From NCBI GenBank assembly GCA_951406725.2, contig OX597815.1, positions 85,684,001 through 85,748,000 of the forward strand: a stretch of 64,000 bases of DNA. Direction: 5' to 3'. This document shows, in pieces, positions 26,483-40,021 of this stretch; positions within the stretch are counted from its first letter, which is position 1, and every line of letters begins with the position of its first letter. The notes under the pieces are model-generated. The model ran no database searches and had not been told where the DNA came from. It saw only the letters and a program-made list of their open reading frames with translations. The position numbers and the translations under genes were made by a program. This DNA comes from Octopus vulgaris (taxonomy: Eukaryota).

Positions 26483-29084
26483 TATGATTATTATTCAGGT
26501 CACTGCCTAGAATCGAACTCGGAATCCCCACAATTACGCAACTGAAATAAAATGAGGTGGAGTCTATTGTAACCTCTTTATCAAGACGGTTGCAAAGAGG
26601 TCGAGAGTAAAGAGTAAAAAAACACACTAACATGAATGAGCTTGAATGGAAATAAAGTTTCAGTGATTTTGGTTAAGCTGCATGAGAAATATTCGTTATA
26701 TTTCAAAAGGCTGTGGAAAGCAACAAATGTAAGGGTAAGATTTTGAAAATACAATAGCACAGCCTGGTTGTAATTTCGAGTTGGAACCTCTCTCTGTCAT
26801 TAATTACACAAATACTCACAAGAAAGTCAGAAATATCCCCTTTGCAATTAACCGTTGAAAATTATATTTTCTTTCAATTTGAAAGTGTCAAAGGTTAACT
26901 ATGATGTTAGTATTTAATTTGATAATACTGAGATGTGATTCTCAGGGGTTTTCAATTCACCTCCTTATTCGATAGGCTAACCAGAAGATTTCTACATATT
27001 TGATCTACTTACGATAAATAGAAGCCAAATCCACATTACATCACACCCACATAACAATGTGGCCCGGAAGTGCCTGTACATAGGAAACAGGATGGATGTT
27101 CATGACTGGAATGTCTTTGGAGATAGGTTTACAACATCAAGGAGGACATGGAGCAAATGCAGAACAATAGCGATCTACTCTATAGTGCTATAAAGAAGAC
27201 AATAGTATAGAAAGAAAATAAATTTGGAAATGTCCAATGAAATAACAAAAAAACCCCCAAAAAACATGGCTCCTTATGAATATTTACAACGTCTTTTGAA
27301 GATTTCCGACACCGCTGTCTGTATAGCAGTGGCATCTTCTTTAGGAACCACTTTAGTGGACGTAAATATTCATGGAAGGTATTTAGTCTTAAGTATTGTT
27401 CTGTGTATTACCACCTTATCCTAAAAAGATTAAAACTGTCGTAATTTTTTTTGCATAAGCACAAGGAGACAACATTTTTTTACAGGAGGTGAGATAATCA
27501 TAATTTTACTCATTGTGTTATGAAGAGTGTCTCTAAAGTAAATGAAATGAATAAGGTGCCAACCCGAGAACCAAAACAACGTCGAGAAATAGTCCACCAT
27601 GAGCATAAACTCAACACTACGAAGATGGTTAGCAACAATTAATAAAATAAAATATTTGCGTGAATGAGAAAAGAACCATGCTAGGAGGTAATTAGAGGAA
27701 TTGATAAAGCCATTGATTAGATTCCTGGAGGTATGTTATGGATCTTTGCGTTCTAAGGCAATGACACAGACGCTAAGCTATATCGGCTTTCATACTCTGT
27801 AATTTGATGCGAGGAGGTGCAAAAACATAAGGTTATTTCAAGGGAAAAGGTTTTTCATCGATTTATCATTTTGTAGCATTTCAGAGGATCTTTCTTGGCT
27901 CACATAATTTATATCAGAAAAACGCAGAACGAGTTGCACTCTGAATGCACAACGGGTGTTCAAATGTACAAATTAAAATTTAACGAAAGAAGGAATAAAA
28001 AATATTAGAAACTGGGTGCTTTTCCACCGGATATAAGTGGTGTAAAATACTTCAAATTTGATTCGAAACTATTCTGAAAATATTGCTCACTACGAGCAAA
28101 TAACGTATTTTACGGATCGCTATTCACCAGAAGATTGATAGCTTTACGGCCTTACGCATGTTGAAAGCAAGAAATGCATGCAGGAAGTGTAAACAAGGAA
28201 ATAAAATTAGACTGCAGGCTTGTGTTCTTCAAAAGCATGAGCAACTTAATTGAAGTGAAAACCAGTCGAAAACTACGATCGAAAGTCAGAGGTTAAGATG
28301 GTTGGATGGGGGATTATCGCTTCTTTTTCGGCATTGCTTGCTTTTCTTATCTATTTTTTCTATACTCAGGGAGGTTTACTTCTGGGAATATTTATAGCGT
28401 TAGGAGATCAGCTTCTAAATAGCTTCCCACGATATGCTTTAAAAAAAGAGATTCGTGCTTCGTGACGACTAAAGAAGTACTATATTTATTGAGGATAAAA
28501 GGTGAAAATCATACATAAATAACAAAAGAGCTAACAGCAAACAAACACACATCACACACACACACATACACATGCACACACATACAAACACACACACACA
28601 CACGCACACACACAAAACTCTCTTTTCTATGTATCCGTGTTTATAGACACAAGCATAAGGATTCACAAATATATACATGCACAAACCTATGTATGTATGC
28701 ACGTATGTATATATATATTACATATGGATACTTGCATATATATACGTAAATATGTGTGTATGTACATGTGTGTATGCGTGTGTGCATATATATATGTATG
28801 TGTGTGTATATATGTATGTATGTATGTATATAGATGTATGTATATGTATGTAATGTATGTGTGTAGATATAAATTATGTAAACGAAAGAGATTTCCATAC
28901 TCTGTAATTTGACGTGTGGTGGTGCAAAAACATAGGGTATTTCAAGGGAAAAATAACTTGTGAATTATTCATGAATATCTTAGAAACGCAAAGTTGTCTA
29001 ATATATATTTAGAAATATATATGCATGCAAATACACACAATCATACAGCCAAGTAAACATTTACATTCTCATCACACACAAATT

Positions 29085-29097
29085 TATATACATATAT

Positions 29098-29138
<41 letters not shown>

Positions 29139-29198
29139 TTTTATATATATACATACATATACATATATATATATATATATATATTGTTGGTTATATAT

Positions 29199-29249
<51 letters not shown>

Positions 29250-29260
29250 TATAAATTATA

Positions 29261-29327
<67 letters not shown>

Positions 29328-29545
29328 ATATATTTATATATATATATATATGCGTGTGTGTGTGTGTGTGCGTGTATATATATGTGTGTGTATATATATA
29401 TATGTATATATATATAAATACATATATATTTATATGTATATATATATATATAGTTATACATATGTGTGTTTTTGTGAATGTATATATATTTGCGTGTGTG
29501 CGTCTGTGTGTATTCGTGTGTGCGTGCGTCTGTGCGTCCGTGTGT
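29085..29545. repeat. Large degenerate (TA)n/(TG)n/(TATATG)n tract
   Basis: Directly visible. Confidence 0.9.
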
Positions 29546-30351
29546 GTTGTAATATGGACGCACACATAAAATATATATTGACTTATACAGGCATACACTG
29601 ACATACATGTCTTGACGTTCTGCGAATCGCAAATATTTAGGAGAAAAAGCATTCAATACAGTTAGCGGTGTGGAATATAAAAAAAGACTTTATGAGCGAT
29701 TCCCACAGACCCAGCTTTGAATAATATTACACACACTAACTAAACCAAACCTATATACATACATATGATTATATTTATGTATGATTGCATATTTTTATGT
29801 GTATGTATATTTATATAGACACGCATACCAAATGATACGTATGAACGCGTATAACATTCGCTACGCTTGTCAGTGTAGGACAACAAATCTCTCTCAGTAC
29901 ATTTCATGCTTACAGACACCAAATTCCAAACGACATCAGTGGATAACCAGTGCTTCGCCTCTTCAGCAATAGTTACCGCTTCTTCCACTTGGAGCTAGAC
30001 AAGGAACTTGTCCTAAATATAAAACAACAGACAAAACTTTTACAGATGTGCAGAGAGGGTTGTCAATCCGTCATTAGTTTAGTACAAGCACATAATATAG
30101 TGAGCATCAAAATAATTATATAAATATTTTATTTTTAACACTGTCCTGCACACGATAACGGAAATGAGATTCACCGCGAGAATTTGTTGCGGAGAACAAA
30201 TTTCTGTCTTCAAGACTTTGTGTATAAAGCCACTGCAATCTCCGAATGACCGAAGCAGTGTCTTTCACTGAAGAGGTGAAATAACACCGAAAGATTGAAT
30301 TTATTCTTTTATTGCGTACGTTTTTGTTTCTAAACTATGTATGTATATATG

Positions 30352-30404
<53 letters not shown>

Positions 30405-30714
30405 CATTTGTCCATATATGCATACTTACACACACACATACGCACGCACACAAATACATACACGCACTCACACACAAACTAGCTCGCGGTCACACATAAC
30501 TCGGGCTCTCTCTCTCTTAAACACACAGACACACGTGTACACACATAAAAAAAATCGACGCTATTCGTATCAGGGTATGACTCAGGAGAGTGTACCTCAT
30601 TTGCTAATTATTTCGAGTGCTATGCAGTTATTAGCATTGAAATACGTTCAGTATCGCCGCCAGTGACCCTGCAGAGCATGGTGGATGTGACACTCTGTAA
30701 CACTGAAAGAAAGG

Positions 30715-30814
30715 GAGAGAGAGAGACAAAGAGAGAGAGAGAGAGAGACAAAGAGAGAGAGAGAGAGACAAAGAGAGAGAGAGACAAAGAGAGAGAGAGA
30801 CAAAGAGAGAGAGA

Positions 30815-30857
<43 letters not shown>
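30715..30857. repeat. (GA)n punctuated by GACAAA (higher-order microsatellite)
   Basis: Directly visible. Confidence 0.9.
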
Positions 30858-30860
<3 letters not shown>

Positions 30861-30899
30861 TGCTCCAGCACTAATCATTGTCACCTGAGTACTGGAGTA

Positions 30900-31000
30900 G
30901 CATAACATAATGTATCTTGCCCAAGGATATAACGCCCGACCCAAGAATCGAACAGACATCATTATGATTGTGAGTCCAACACGCCAACCACTACACCACG
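30900..31000 (-). mobile_element. Degenerate CORE-like SINE head
   Basis: Minus strand GTGGTGTAGTGGTTGG...GTTCGATTCTTGG...CCTTGGGCAAGATACA. Confidence 0.6.
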
Positions 31001-31013
31001 TTCTTCACATACT

Positions 31014-31059
<46 letters not shown>

Positions 31060-32233
31060 TTGAAGAGAAATAACTGAAAGTTGCGACTAGCAAGAATTTT
31101 GACAACAAACACGAATAAAGGTATTTAAATATCAAAGAAGATAAATTCTTGATTTATTGAAAGAATCTTCGCTTTTACACACTGTAAACAAACTTGTGGT
31201 GAATGTCAAGGAATCCAAGTAAAAAGAGGAGATAGTCTTTTAGACTCCAGATTTCTCCGGTAGAGATGTAACAAAGCGCGGGAACGTTTACTAGTGGATT
31301 GGACGGTAAAGGTGCAAAAGCGAGAAAAGACAAACTGGGTATTCCGATGTAGGATGCAGGATACCTGACAGCATTATGCTTGTGCAACAATACGCGGACC
31401 TACTGGCAGAGATACCACCGTAGCACATTCAATAAGACCCGAAGTCTGGCTTATTCCATCGTAGTTACTGCTAGAGTACACTCTGCCAAGTGTATTCCAG
31501 AAGGTCTAAATTGTCCTACGAACGTAAAACAATCATACATCTTTCCCCGTTTATCAAGTAAGTGGTTAGTGCTGGCTAATATAATTTCCAATCCCTCTTT
31601 GATACAAAGTAGCAGGAATGTCCTTCCCCGGCAAGGTTGGGCGATCTACCCCCACCCCGATTATTTCAAACTCTGATTAACTTTACTCTTGGCTAGATTA
31701 TGGACGTATTCTGCTAAAAAGTAGAGAACTTGAGCTTCGAGCTGGAAAAAGAATGCTTATGCACGGAGATGCGCTGTTTCACGAGGTTTACTGTTGCCAT
31801 TATTATAAGTTTCCACTACGCATTTATACACAACTCTGACTTGAAAAACAGTATCCCACCACAGGGCATAACAGGAGCCGTATAGTTACAATTCATGTCT
31901 AAATACTATCTCATCCATATCAGAAATGGGTGTGTGTGTGTGTGTGGAGGGGAGCAGTCTAATGAGCACAATCCTGGGTAGTAAGCTTGGGTCCATTCAA
32001 AGTGGTGGGATTTTCGGTACTCTTCCCATCTTTGAGACCATTCCCAACGCCGTGGGTTTCCACAGAACGGATTCCACGGTGTGTTTCCTTGCGAGTGGTA
32101 TCAGCTTCAGGGAACTACTGAGATCACCCGCTGTATCTCGCAAGTTTGTACGTATTAGAAGATATTATCATGGCGAAACGTTGGATATGATGAAGGACAA
32201 CTGTAAAAGAACAACGCTCTCCTTAAGGTCTCC

Positions 32234-32279
<46 letters not shown>

Positions 32280-33229
32280 CCTCTTACTCTTCATCATCAG
32301 CATCCTTATCATCGTTATCATCCTCATTTAACGCCTGTTTTCCGTGCTGGCAAGGGTGGGAGAATGTGAGAGGATCCGGCGAACTGCAGGTCGGTGTCGA
32401 ACAAAGAAAGGAAAAGGCTAAGTGCTTATGGATATTTGAGATAGTGGTGGTGACTCTACGCCAGATGTTTAGAGGCTACAAAATGATAGAAAAGAATGAT
32501 TAAATACACCTGTGTGTGTGTGTGTTTCTCTGTGTGCGTGTGTCTGTGTCTATGTGTGTCTGTAACACGTAACAAGTATCGCACAAAAAAAAATACAGAG
32601 TTCGAACTAATATATTGGATTATATTACTAAAACTGAACCTGACTTGTAGCAAGTAAAATTATTGCCGCTACTGTTGCTTGTGGTGTTCGACATGATGGC
32701 GGCAACGAGGACGATAGCAATGAATATTACAATAATGGTGATGATAATGACAAAAATGATTACAATAATGCTGTTGCAGCTGGTAAAGATAGTGGGGATG
32801 AAGGCGATGATGGTGGTGATATATAGTGGTAAGATGATGAGGATAGCAAGATGAACAAATCGACATAAACCTTCATTAATATATGTCCGTCACGTTAGAA
32901 TGGCCGGGAGGCAGGATTTTTACTTTTCGCTTTCCGCATTTGTGTTTCTTAATCCACTTTTTTTCTTCTTGTGATTTTATTTGTGGCTTTGATATTTTTT
33001 GATTCTTGTTTTGTTTTGTTTATCTTAGATTATAACCAAATATTCAAGGAATATTCTTCTATCGTGGAAACATCCTTTATTCTTGGTATCGATTAAATAA
33101 TATCAGTGGCTGAATACATTTCAAAAGAAAGTAAAAATAAAATAGAATAAAATAAAATACTCGAAAAAAAAAAAGAAAAGTAAAAAAAAAAATAAGTCAA
33201 CAAAAGAAAACAGTTATTGTATTTATGAA

Positions 33230-33681
33230 GATCATCAACAACAACCACAACAATAGAAAAAACACAACTGTAGCAATAACAACATCATTATTTCCATCAC
33301 CAGCATCTTCACCTACGTTTCTCCACCGCCTCCTCTTCAACATCCTCATCTTCTTTATCAACGCTACCACTTCCTCGCCACCACTACCACCACTACCACC
33401 ATTTCAATAACCTTCAACACTGTCACCGCCGCCACCGTCGCCACTGCCGCTTCCACCACCACCACCACCACCACTCACTACCTCCTCCTCCTCCTCCCCC
33501 CTCCGCCTCCTCTACCACCGCACCGCCACCGTCGCCGTCACCGTCAACAACACAAACTTCAACAATAACAAAATAATAGCGACAAAAGCTAGAGTCACAT
33601 CAATATTATACTAGAAACAAAAATAATAAATAAACAAACACACACAAACAAGAATAAATAATAATAGCAAAACACGACGGC

Positions 33682-33712
<31 letters not shown>

Positions 33713-34580
33713 CGAGCAACAAAAAATGGGAAAAACAAGAAAATAAACCTCCATCACGATAACGACAGCAACCGACAACGTAAGCAGTAACAACAACAAC
33801 AACAACAACAACAGCAGCAGCAGCAGCAGCAAAATTGGCAAGAGAGAGTAACGTGGAACGAAAAATAACCTAAAATAAAAATTAAAAAATGAACTACAAT
33901 ATAAAGTATAAAAAGAATAAGAGCGATATTAACGTTTAGTACAAGAGTGGCAGCAATAACAAGAACAAGAATAACGGTAATAGCAGCCGTAGTGGTGGTA
34001 GAATCGCCATCGTCACCTCTAGAACAACCGTCACCATCACCAATACCACCTGTAATAGTCAAATATCGCTAACGGTTTCGCTACTGCCATCGCCGCCACT
34101 ACTGACACCACCATCGCCATCACCTAGAGTATTACCACCATAACCTCTACTACAGCCATCACTGACATCATCACCACCACCACCACCACCACCACCACCA
34201 CTGCAGCCATCACCATCTTTGTACTTTGTAATAACAGCTACAGCCAACACCGTCACCATCAGAATCAAATTCACCACCAGCACCACCACCAGCACCACAC
34301 CACCACCACCAACACCAAAATCACCACCACCACCACCACCACCACCACCACCACTACCACCACATACTGTCGCCCGTGAACCTCCTTCACGATAACCAAC
34401 ACCATCACAACCAGAACCTCCTTCACGATAACCAACACCATCACAACCACCTCCACACTCACTACCACGCCGCCGTAGCCGCCGACACCAGCCTCACAGC
34501 TAGGACCACCACCACCACCACCACCACCGTCTCCATAGCAAGTGGCAGCAACAACAATGGCTGCAACGATGACGACCAAA
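33230..34580. repeat. Extended low-complexity (CAC/CAA/CAG/CCT)n trinucleotide field
   Basis: Mixed trinucleotide repeats with stops in all long frames. Includes a 30-bp tandem AACCTCCTTCACGATAACCAACACCATCAC at 34379-34444. Confidence 0.8.
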
Positions 34581-36443
34581 TTTACAGTCCATTGAAAGTT
34601 GCTATTTGCAGAGAAGTTATTTTTTTTATTGTTGGATTTATGAGAAGATTGTATTAGGAAGAAGCCAACTTTAGTCGTGGAAGCATCAAGAAAACTAGTT
34701 GGCCATGAAGAAGTAAAAAGGTAATGTAGGTAGAAATGAAAAGAATAATGGTGAGTTTTTTAAATGTCCATTAGTAGGTTTGTGACGATCATTATCGGGT
34801 TTCCATTGCTAGAGGGCAGATGTGATATATTTGATCCACAGGTATGTCGATGTGATAACGTGCAGAAATGGAGATAGATAAATATGGTACTAATGTATAG
34901 TGCTGATGATGTTATGATTGAAGCGTGGTGATATGGCAGTGCTTTGTGAATAGGTGTGTGTGTGTGTGTGTGTAAATTTTATATGTAGTGTTGAGGTGCT
35001 TGTAGTGGTGTGATGGATGGAAATTTAGATATGTAACGTTGTGATGCGGTGGTTGCTGCTACTGCCAGATCTTACGTTACTCCCGATAATTAGATACCTT
35101 CAATTAGAACGTTTTAGTTGTACCACTCCAATCTTAATATATATCTATATTAATATTGTTCAATGTGTTCTTCCATTTTTAAGACGGTATTGTGTAACGT
35201 GAGCAGGATTTTGCTGTTACTTCTAGTAGGAAATATCGTCACTATGTCACATAACTCAAAATGAACCTGTAGGCTCCTATGATGGGTATGACTGAAAGGG
35301 TACAAAGAGTACCTTTGTAGATCTGTTTCTCAATATATCTTACACAAACAAAAACTTATAGCCCCACATCGTCCACATGGTTCTCTTATTGCTGTGTTGA
35401 AGTAATTCAGATAAAGAATATGGTTTAGAACGTTCAGAGAAAATCAACTAAAAGATGGCTGGCTTTCCATCAAAACTCGAATAAGACAGTTATCCGAATA
35501 CATCTTTTCGGAATATTCATTCGCTTCACTTTCCAGTCCTTATGGTTTTGTAAACCGTATTCTCATGGAAAACGTCTTTACACTTTCTGCCCACCTTACA
35601 TCCAGTCATTTTTACGCAGCGCACACAAGGTAAATCTCCTCCCATTTTATTCCCTTCCACTCTAACAGACTCACCGCCATTTATGCAGACTCTAAATGTG
35701 GAAGCCTCTTCGTTCACCCCAAACCAACAAAGTCAGCGGCTTTGGCAATTATTTCTCTTTCATTAAGCATCGATGTTTCATGCGTCAATCACATGCAACT
35801 AAAAAATCTCACGCGTAATCTGCGTGAATGTAATTTTTGAAAGAGTCATGTTGAACTTGTTTTCTTCAATAGTATAAAAGACTACAATGAGAAAATAACG
35901 TGTCTCCACCTATTAAGAACGAATAATAAGTAACGGGAGCCTCAGGGTCGCTCCAAAATCTAGGCCTAAGTATCACTAATGTTTACAGTTGTGCTCCAAA
36001 ATGCTTCAGCTCCGGACAATTAAAAACTGTTTAAGATCTTAAAAGAGTCCGACATTAGAACATTGCTCCAACATCTGGTCCAGTGTTGCTGTTACACACA
36101 CAAACGCACTAGTCCTACTATAAACTCGGAATAAATTTGAAATGAACTTATATTGAATTTTATTTGAGTCTGGGGAAGCTTTTTATATAATTCGTGTATA
36201 AACATACTCATCAACCAAGTATCAGCATAAAAGTAAATTTCGCTGTGTAAGGGAGTGTAGTGATAAACCTTTGACAAATCAACAATATAACCGAGATAAT
36301 TTTCCTTGACATGTTCTTCATGGTCCTCCACCTTTTTGAGACAGATATCCGTCATCTGAATCCATCATCTGAAAATGTTTCACAGTCCATCATCAGATGT
36401 TTCAGAATTTCTTGCAGTGTTAAAAAACGAATAAAACACACAC

Positions 36444-36445
<2 letters not shown>

Positions 36446-36520
<75 letters not shown>
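36446..36520. repeat. (CA)n microsatellite
   Basis: Directly visible. Further (CA)n tracts at 31017-31057, 39235-39340 and 48087-48164. Confidence 0.95.
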
Positions 36521-36522
<2 letters not shown>

Positions 36523-37635
36523 CTGTAAGCAAAATAGAATGGAAAAGGACCTTCATAACCAGCAGTCTGCCATTGCCATTCGCTTGACTTAACTATTCAA
36601 AATCCCTATACAATAATATTCAATTAGTAAGGCAAACTACACTTTCATTCCCAGTGTTAAAAGCATTTCTAAACAAGTGAAACGTTCTTGTCTCTCATTA
36701 GGATGCGTTAAAGTTTAACATCTTTCCTTTTCTCACTTATTTACTGCTGCTGCTTAATTTAACAGTCCTACACACGATATTAAGATCGACATCTACTTAC
36801 TGGTTTCATATCCAAATCAGCTTTCAACAAAATCATGTACTTTACCGACTACCTTAGCCTTCATTTCCCTGTTAACAAGTTAGAGTCCCCTAAAACCTGT
36901 TTTTATTAGGTTAATGGTTAGAGCACTATATTTTACATTGTTTCAATTCACTTAGGATTCATAAATATGTACTTAGTTTAGAAAATGGTCAAAGGTGCTG
37001 ATAATTTATTGAGAGATTCTTCCGACCATTTTCTCATTACAAACACAGTAGGGTCGGAAAAAAAAAAGAATAATGGTGAGTTTTTTAAATGTCCATTAGT
37101 AGGTTTGTGACGATCATTATCTGGTTTCCATCGCTAGAGGGCAGATGTGATATATTTGATCCACAGGTATGTCGATGTGATAACGTGCAGAAATGGGGAC
37201 GGATAAATATGGTACTAGTGTATAGTACTATTGGTGTATGATAGAAGCGTGGTGATATGGCAGTGTTTTGTGTATAGGCGTGTGTGTGTGTATGTGTGTG
37301 TGCGTGCGTGTATGTGTAAATTTTAGATGTAGTGTTGAGGTGCTTGTAGTGGTGTGATTGATGGAAATTTAGATATGTGACGTTGTGATGCGGTGGCTGC
37401 TGCTACTGCCAGATCCTACGTTACTCCCGATACATTAGATGCCTACTATTTGGACTTTTTAGTTGTATCACTCCAATCTTAATATATATCTATATTAATA
37501 TTGTTAAATGTGTTCTTCCGTTTTCAAGACGGTATTGCGTAATGTGAGCAGGATTTTGCTGTTACTTCTAGTAGGAAATATCGCCACTATGTACCATAAA
37601 TCAACAGGAGCTAACCTTTAACCTAATAAAAACAT

Positions 37636-37798
37636 AGGCGTAAGAGTGGCTGTGTGGTAAGTAGCTTGCTTACCAACCACATGGTTCCGGGCTCAGTCCC
37701 ACTGCGTGGCACCTTGGGCAAGTTTCTTCTACTATAGCCTCGGGCCAACCAAAGCCTTGTGAGTGGATTTGGTAGACGGAAACTGAAAGAAGCCCGTC

Positions 37799-37854
<56 letters not shown>

Positions 37855-38082
37855 GTGTGCGCGTATGTTTGTGTGTTTGTGTTTGTCCCCCCCCACAACA
37901 TCGCTTTACAACCGATGCTGGTGTGATTACGTTCGCGTAACTTAGCGGTTCGGCAAAAAGAGACCGATAGAATAAGTACTAGGCTAACAAAGAATAAGTC
38001 CTGGGGGTCGACTTGCTCGACTAAAGGCGGTGCTCCAGCATGGCCACAGTCAAATGACTGAAACAAGTAAAAGAGTAAAAGA
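37636..38082 (+). mobile_element. Full-length CORE-like tRNA SINE with internal (TA)n
   Basis: tRNA-like head, ACCTTGGGCAAGT core motif, internal (TA)n at 37800-37848, tail ATGACTGAAACAAGTAAAAGAGTAAAAGA. A partial minus-strand copy lies at 49822-49935. Confidence 0.85.
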
Positions 38083-38734
38083 GGAGCCAGTATATCGAAC
38101 AGGGCAAAATGAAACTTTCATTCTCCCAAATCATCAATGGTACAATGTATAATTCCTACTTGTTATTGAAATTATAATTGTATTGATTTCTCTCCTAGAT
38201 TCATTTTTACGAAATTTTTACAAATTTTTACGTGATTACACAGAGAAAGAAGAGCAAATGTTGATTTGTATATTTTTACATCAAATATTCATAAACATAA
38301 GAAAAGTGAAATTGCTATTAAAGTAAAATGTTGTTCTATCATTGCCTAAAGACTGAATTCAAAAATTGTTGCGGTCGTTGAAAGCTGTCTGGAATAGGAA
38401 AACATAGAATGTGTTTGTCACAAACAGAAGCTCAACAGTAGACGGTTATCAACACTTGAGTGTTCTGGATAACAACTAAGCTTGATGACAGTACCATGAG
38501 TATTAGCGCATGTAAAACAATTCGCGAAATGTTTTACAATATCAGCACCTTATCAATAAATTCGAAAGGTATATTAACGGATTTAGCTCATAAAGTAGGC
38601 TCCGTCTAACAAGCATTAATATCAGTAATTCGATCTTTATAAAATATTAACTACAAAAAAAAAAAAAAAAACTCTCATAAATTCTACCATTCGAAATTCA
38701 CTCATATACACAAATCAATACTTGTATAAATATT

Positions 38735-38933
38735 GGTTTCAAATTTGGGATAAGGCCAGTAATTTCGGGGGAGGGGGTGAGTCAGTTATATCAACACCAG
38801 TGTTCAACTGGTACTTGTTTTATCGACCCTTGTTGAATGAAAGCAAAGTCCGACCCTGGCAGCATTTGAACTCGGAACTATTGCTGCAAAGCATTTTTCC
38901 GGTGCGGTAACGATTTTGCCAGCTCGCCGCCTG
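38735..38933 (-). mobile_element. Deu/Nin-like SINE with target-site duplication
   Basis: Same family as 4000-4213, flanked by TTGTATAAATATTG at 38722-38735 and 38939-38952. Confidence 0.8.
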
Positions 38934-39244
38934 AGTATTTGTATAAATATTGATACATGTAATTTAAATGGTAAATAACTCACGAGGTATGTTACTTAGC
39001 CCTCAAAAGGCATAACCCATAAACGAGTTGACTCAAGAAGTATATCGGAGTAATGGTGAACGTGTCGAAATTTAAATTCCATCAACATGTGTGGGCTTCT
39101 GAACTTCAATCAGAGCAGCTGACACCACGCTCTTTAAGTATATTTAGGTTTAAAGAAAAAGAAGCAAAGAATTTAGCCTAAAATAATGAAAAACCCATAC
39201 ACACGTGCAGAAAATAGAATTTGAACTTTGATGGCACACACACA

Positions 39245-39331
<87 letters not shown>

Positions 39332-39340
39332 ACACACACA

Positions 39341-39648
39341 GTATTAATAATAATCCATGGATGAAATTTATAAATATCGTAATGCATCGCTACGCGCGTT
39401 TCCACATATCACATGCTTCTTACGATCATAGTCCGTATTCCTGGGATGATTTCAATACAATCCTTTGTATGTATGGACATCGAGTGGATCATATTCATGC
39501 GTTCATTTCTTTAGGCGGTATGGCATTAACGTTCGAAGCAGCGAATACAGACTATGATCGTAAGAAACGTGATTTCATGTCATCTGTGGAAATGTGCGTT
39601 GCGATGCATCAAAATATTTATAAATTTATGAATCATGATATCTATACT
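39341..39648. mobile_element. MITE-like foldback element
   Basis: Long imperfect inverted arms 39356-39440 / 39543-39636, e.g. CTTACGATCATAGTC / GACTATGATCGTAAG and AAATTTATAAATAT / ATATTTATAAATTT. Confidence 0.7.
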
Positions 39649-39939
39649 TATCTTTTCCATGAGAATACGGTTTCCATGAGAATACAGTTTACAAAACCAT
39701 AAGGACTGGAATGTGAAGCGAATGAATATTCCGAAAAGATGTATTCGGATAACTGTCTTATTCGAGTTTTGATGGAAAGCCAGCCATCTTTTAGCTGATT
39801 TTCTCTGAACGTTCTAAGCCATTATAATCAGCAGAGTTCGGTACAACCCCACAAAACTGCTATTACTAGTTGGTATCATCAGGATGTAGCCGACATACTA
39901 AAATAAGAGCTGTTATATGCATACTTAAAATTGAAGGAT

Positions 39940-40021
<82 letters not shown>

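Noticed and set aside
31175-31690. DIRS/LTR RNase H remnant
   Set aside because: Slightly GC-richer block but no convincing motif in any frame.
32150-32190. Minimal hammerhead relic (AGAAGA...GGCGAAACGTTGGAT)
   Set aside because: CUGANGA box and stem II are too degraded to support.
33754-34657. Gly-, His- or Thr-rich structural protein gene
   Set aside because: Frames switch and stop frequently, no splice or signal-peptide support; fits trinucleotide low-complexity DNA.
39815-39890. Hammerhead on the minus strand (CTGATGA followed by a hairpin)
   Set aside because: No GAAA box or matching stem I.
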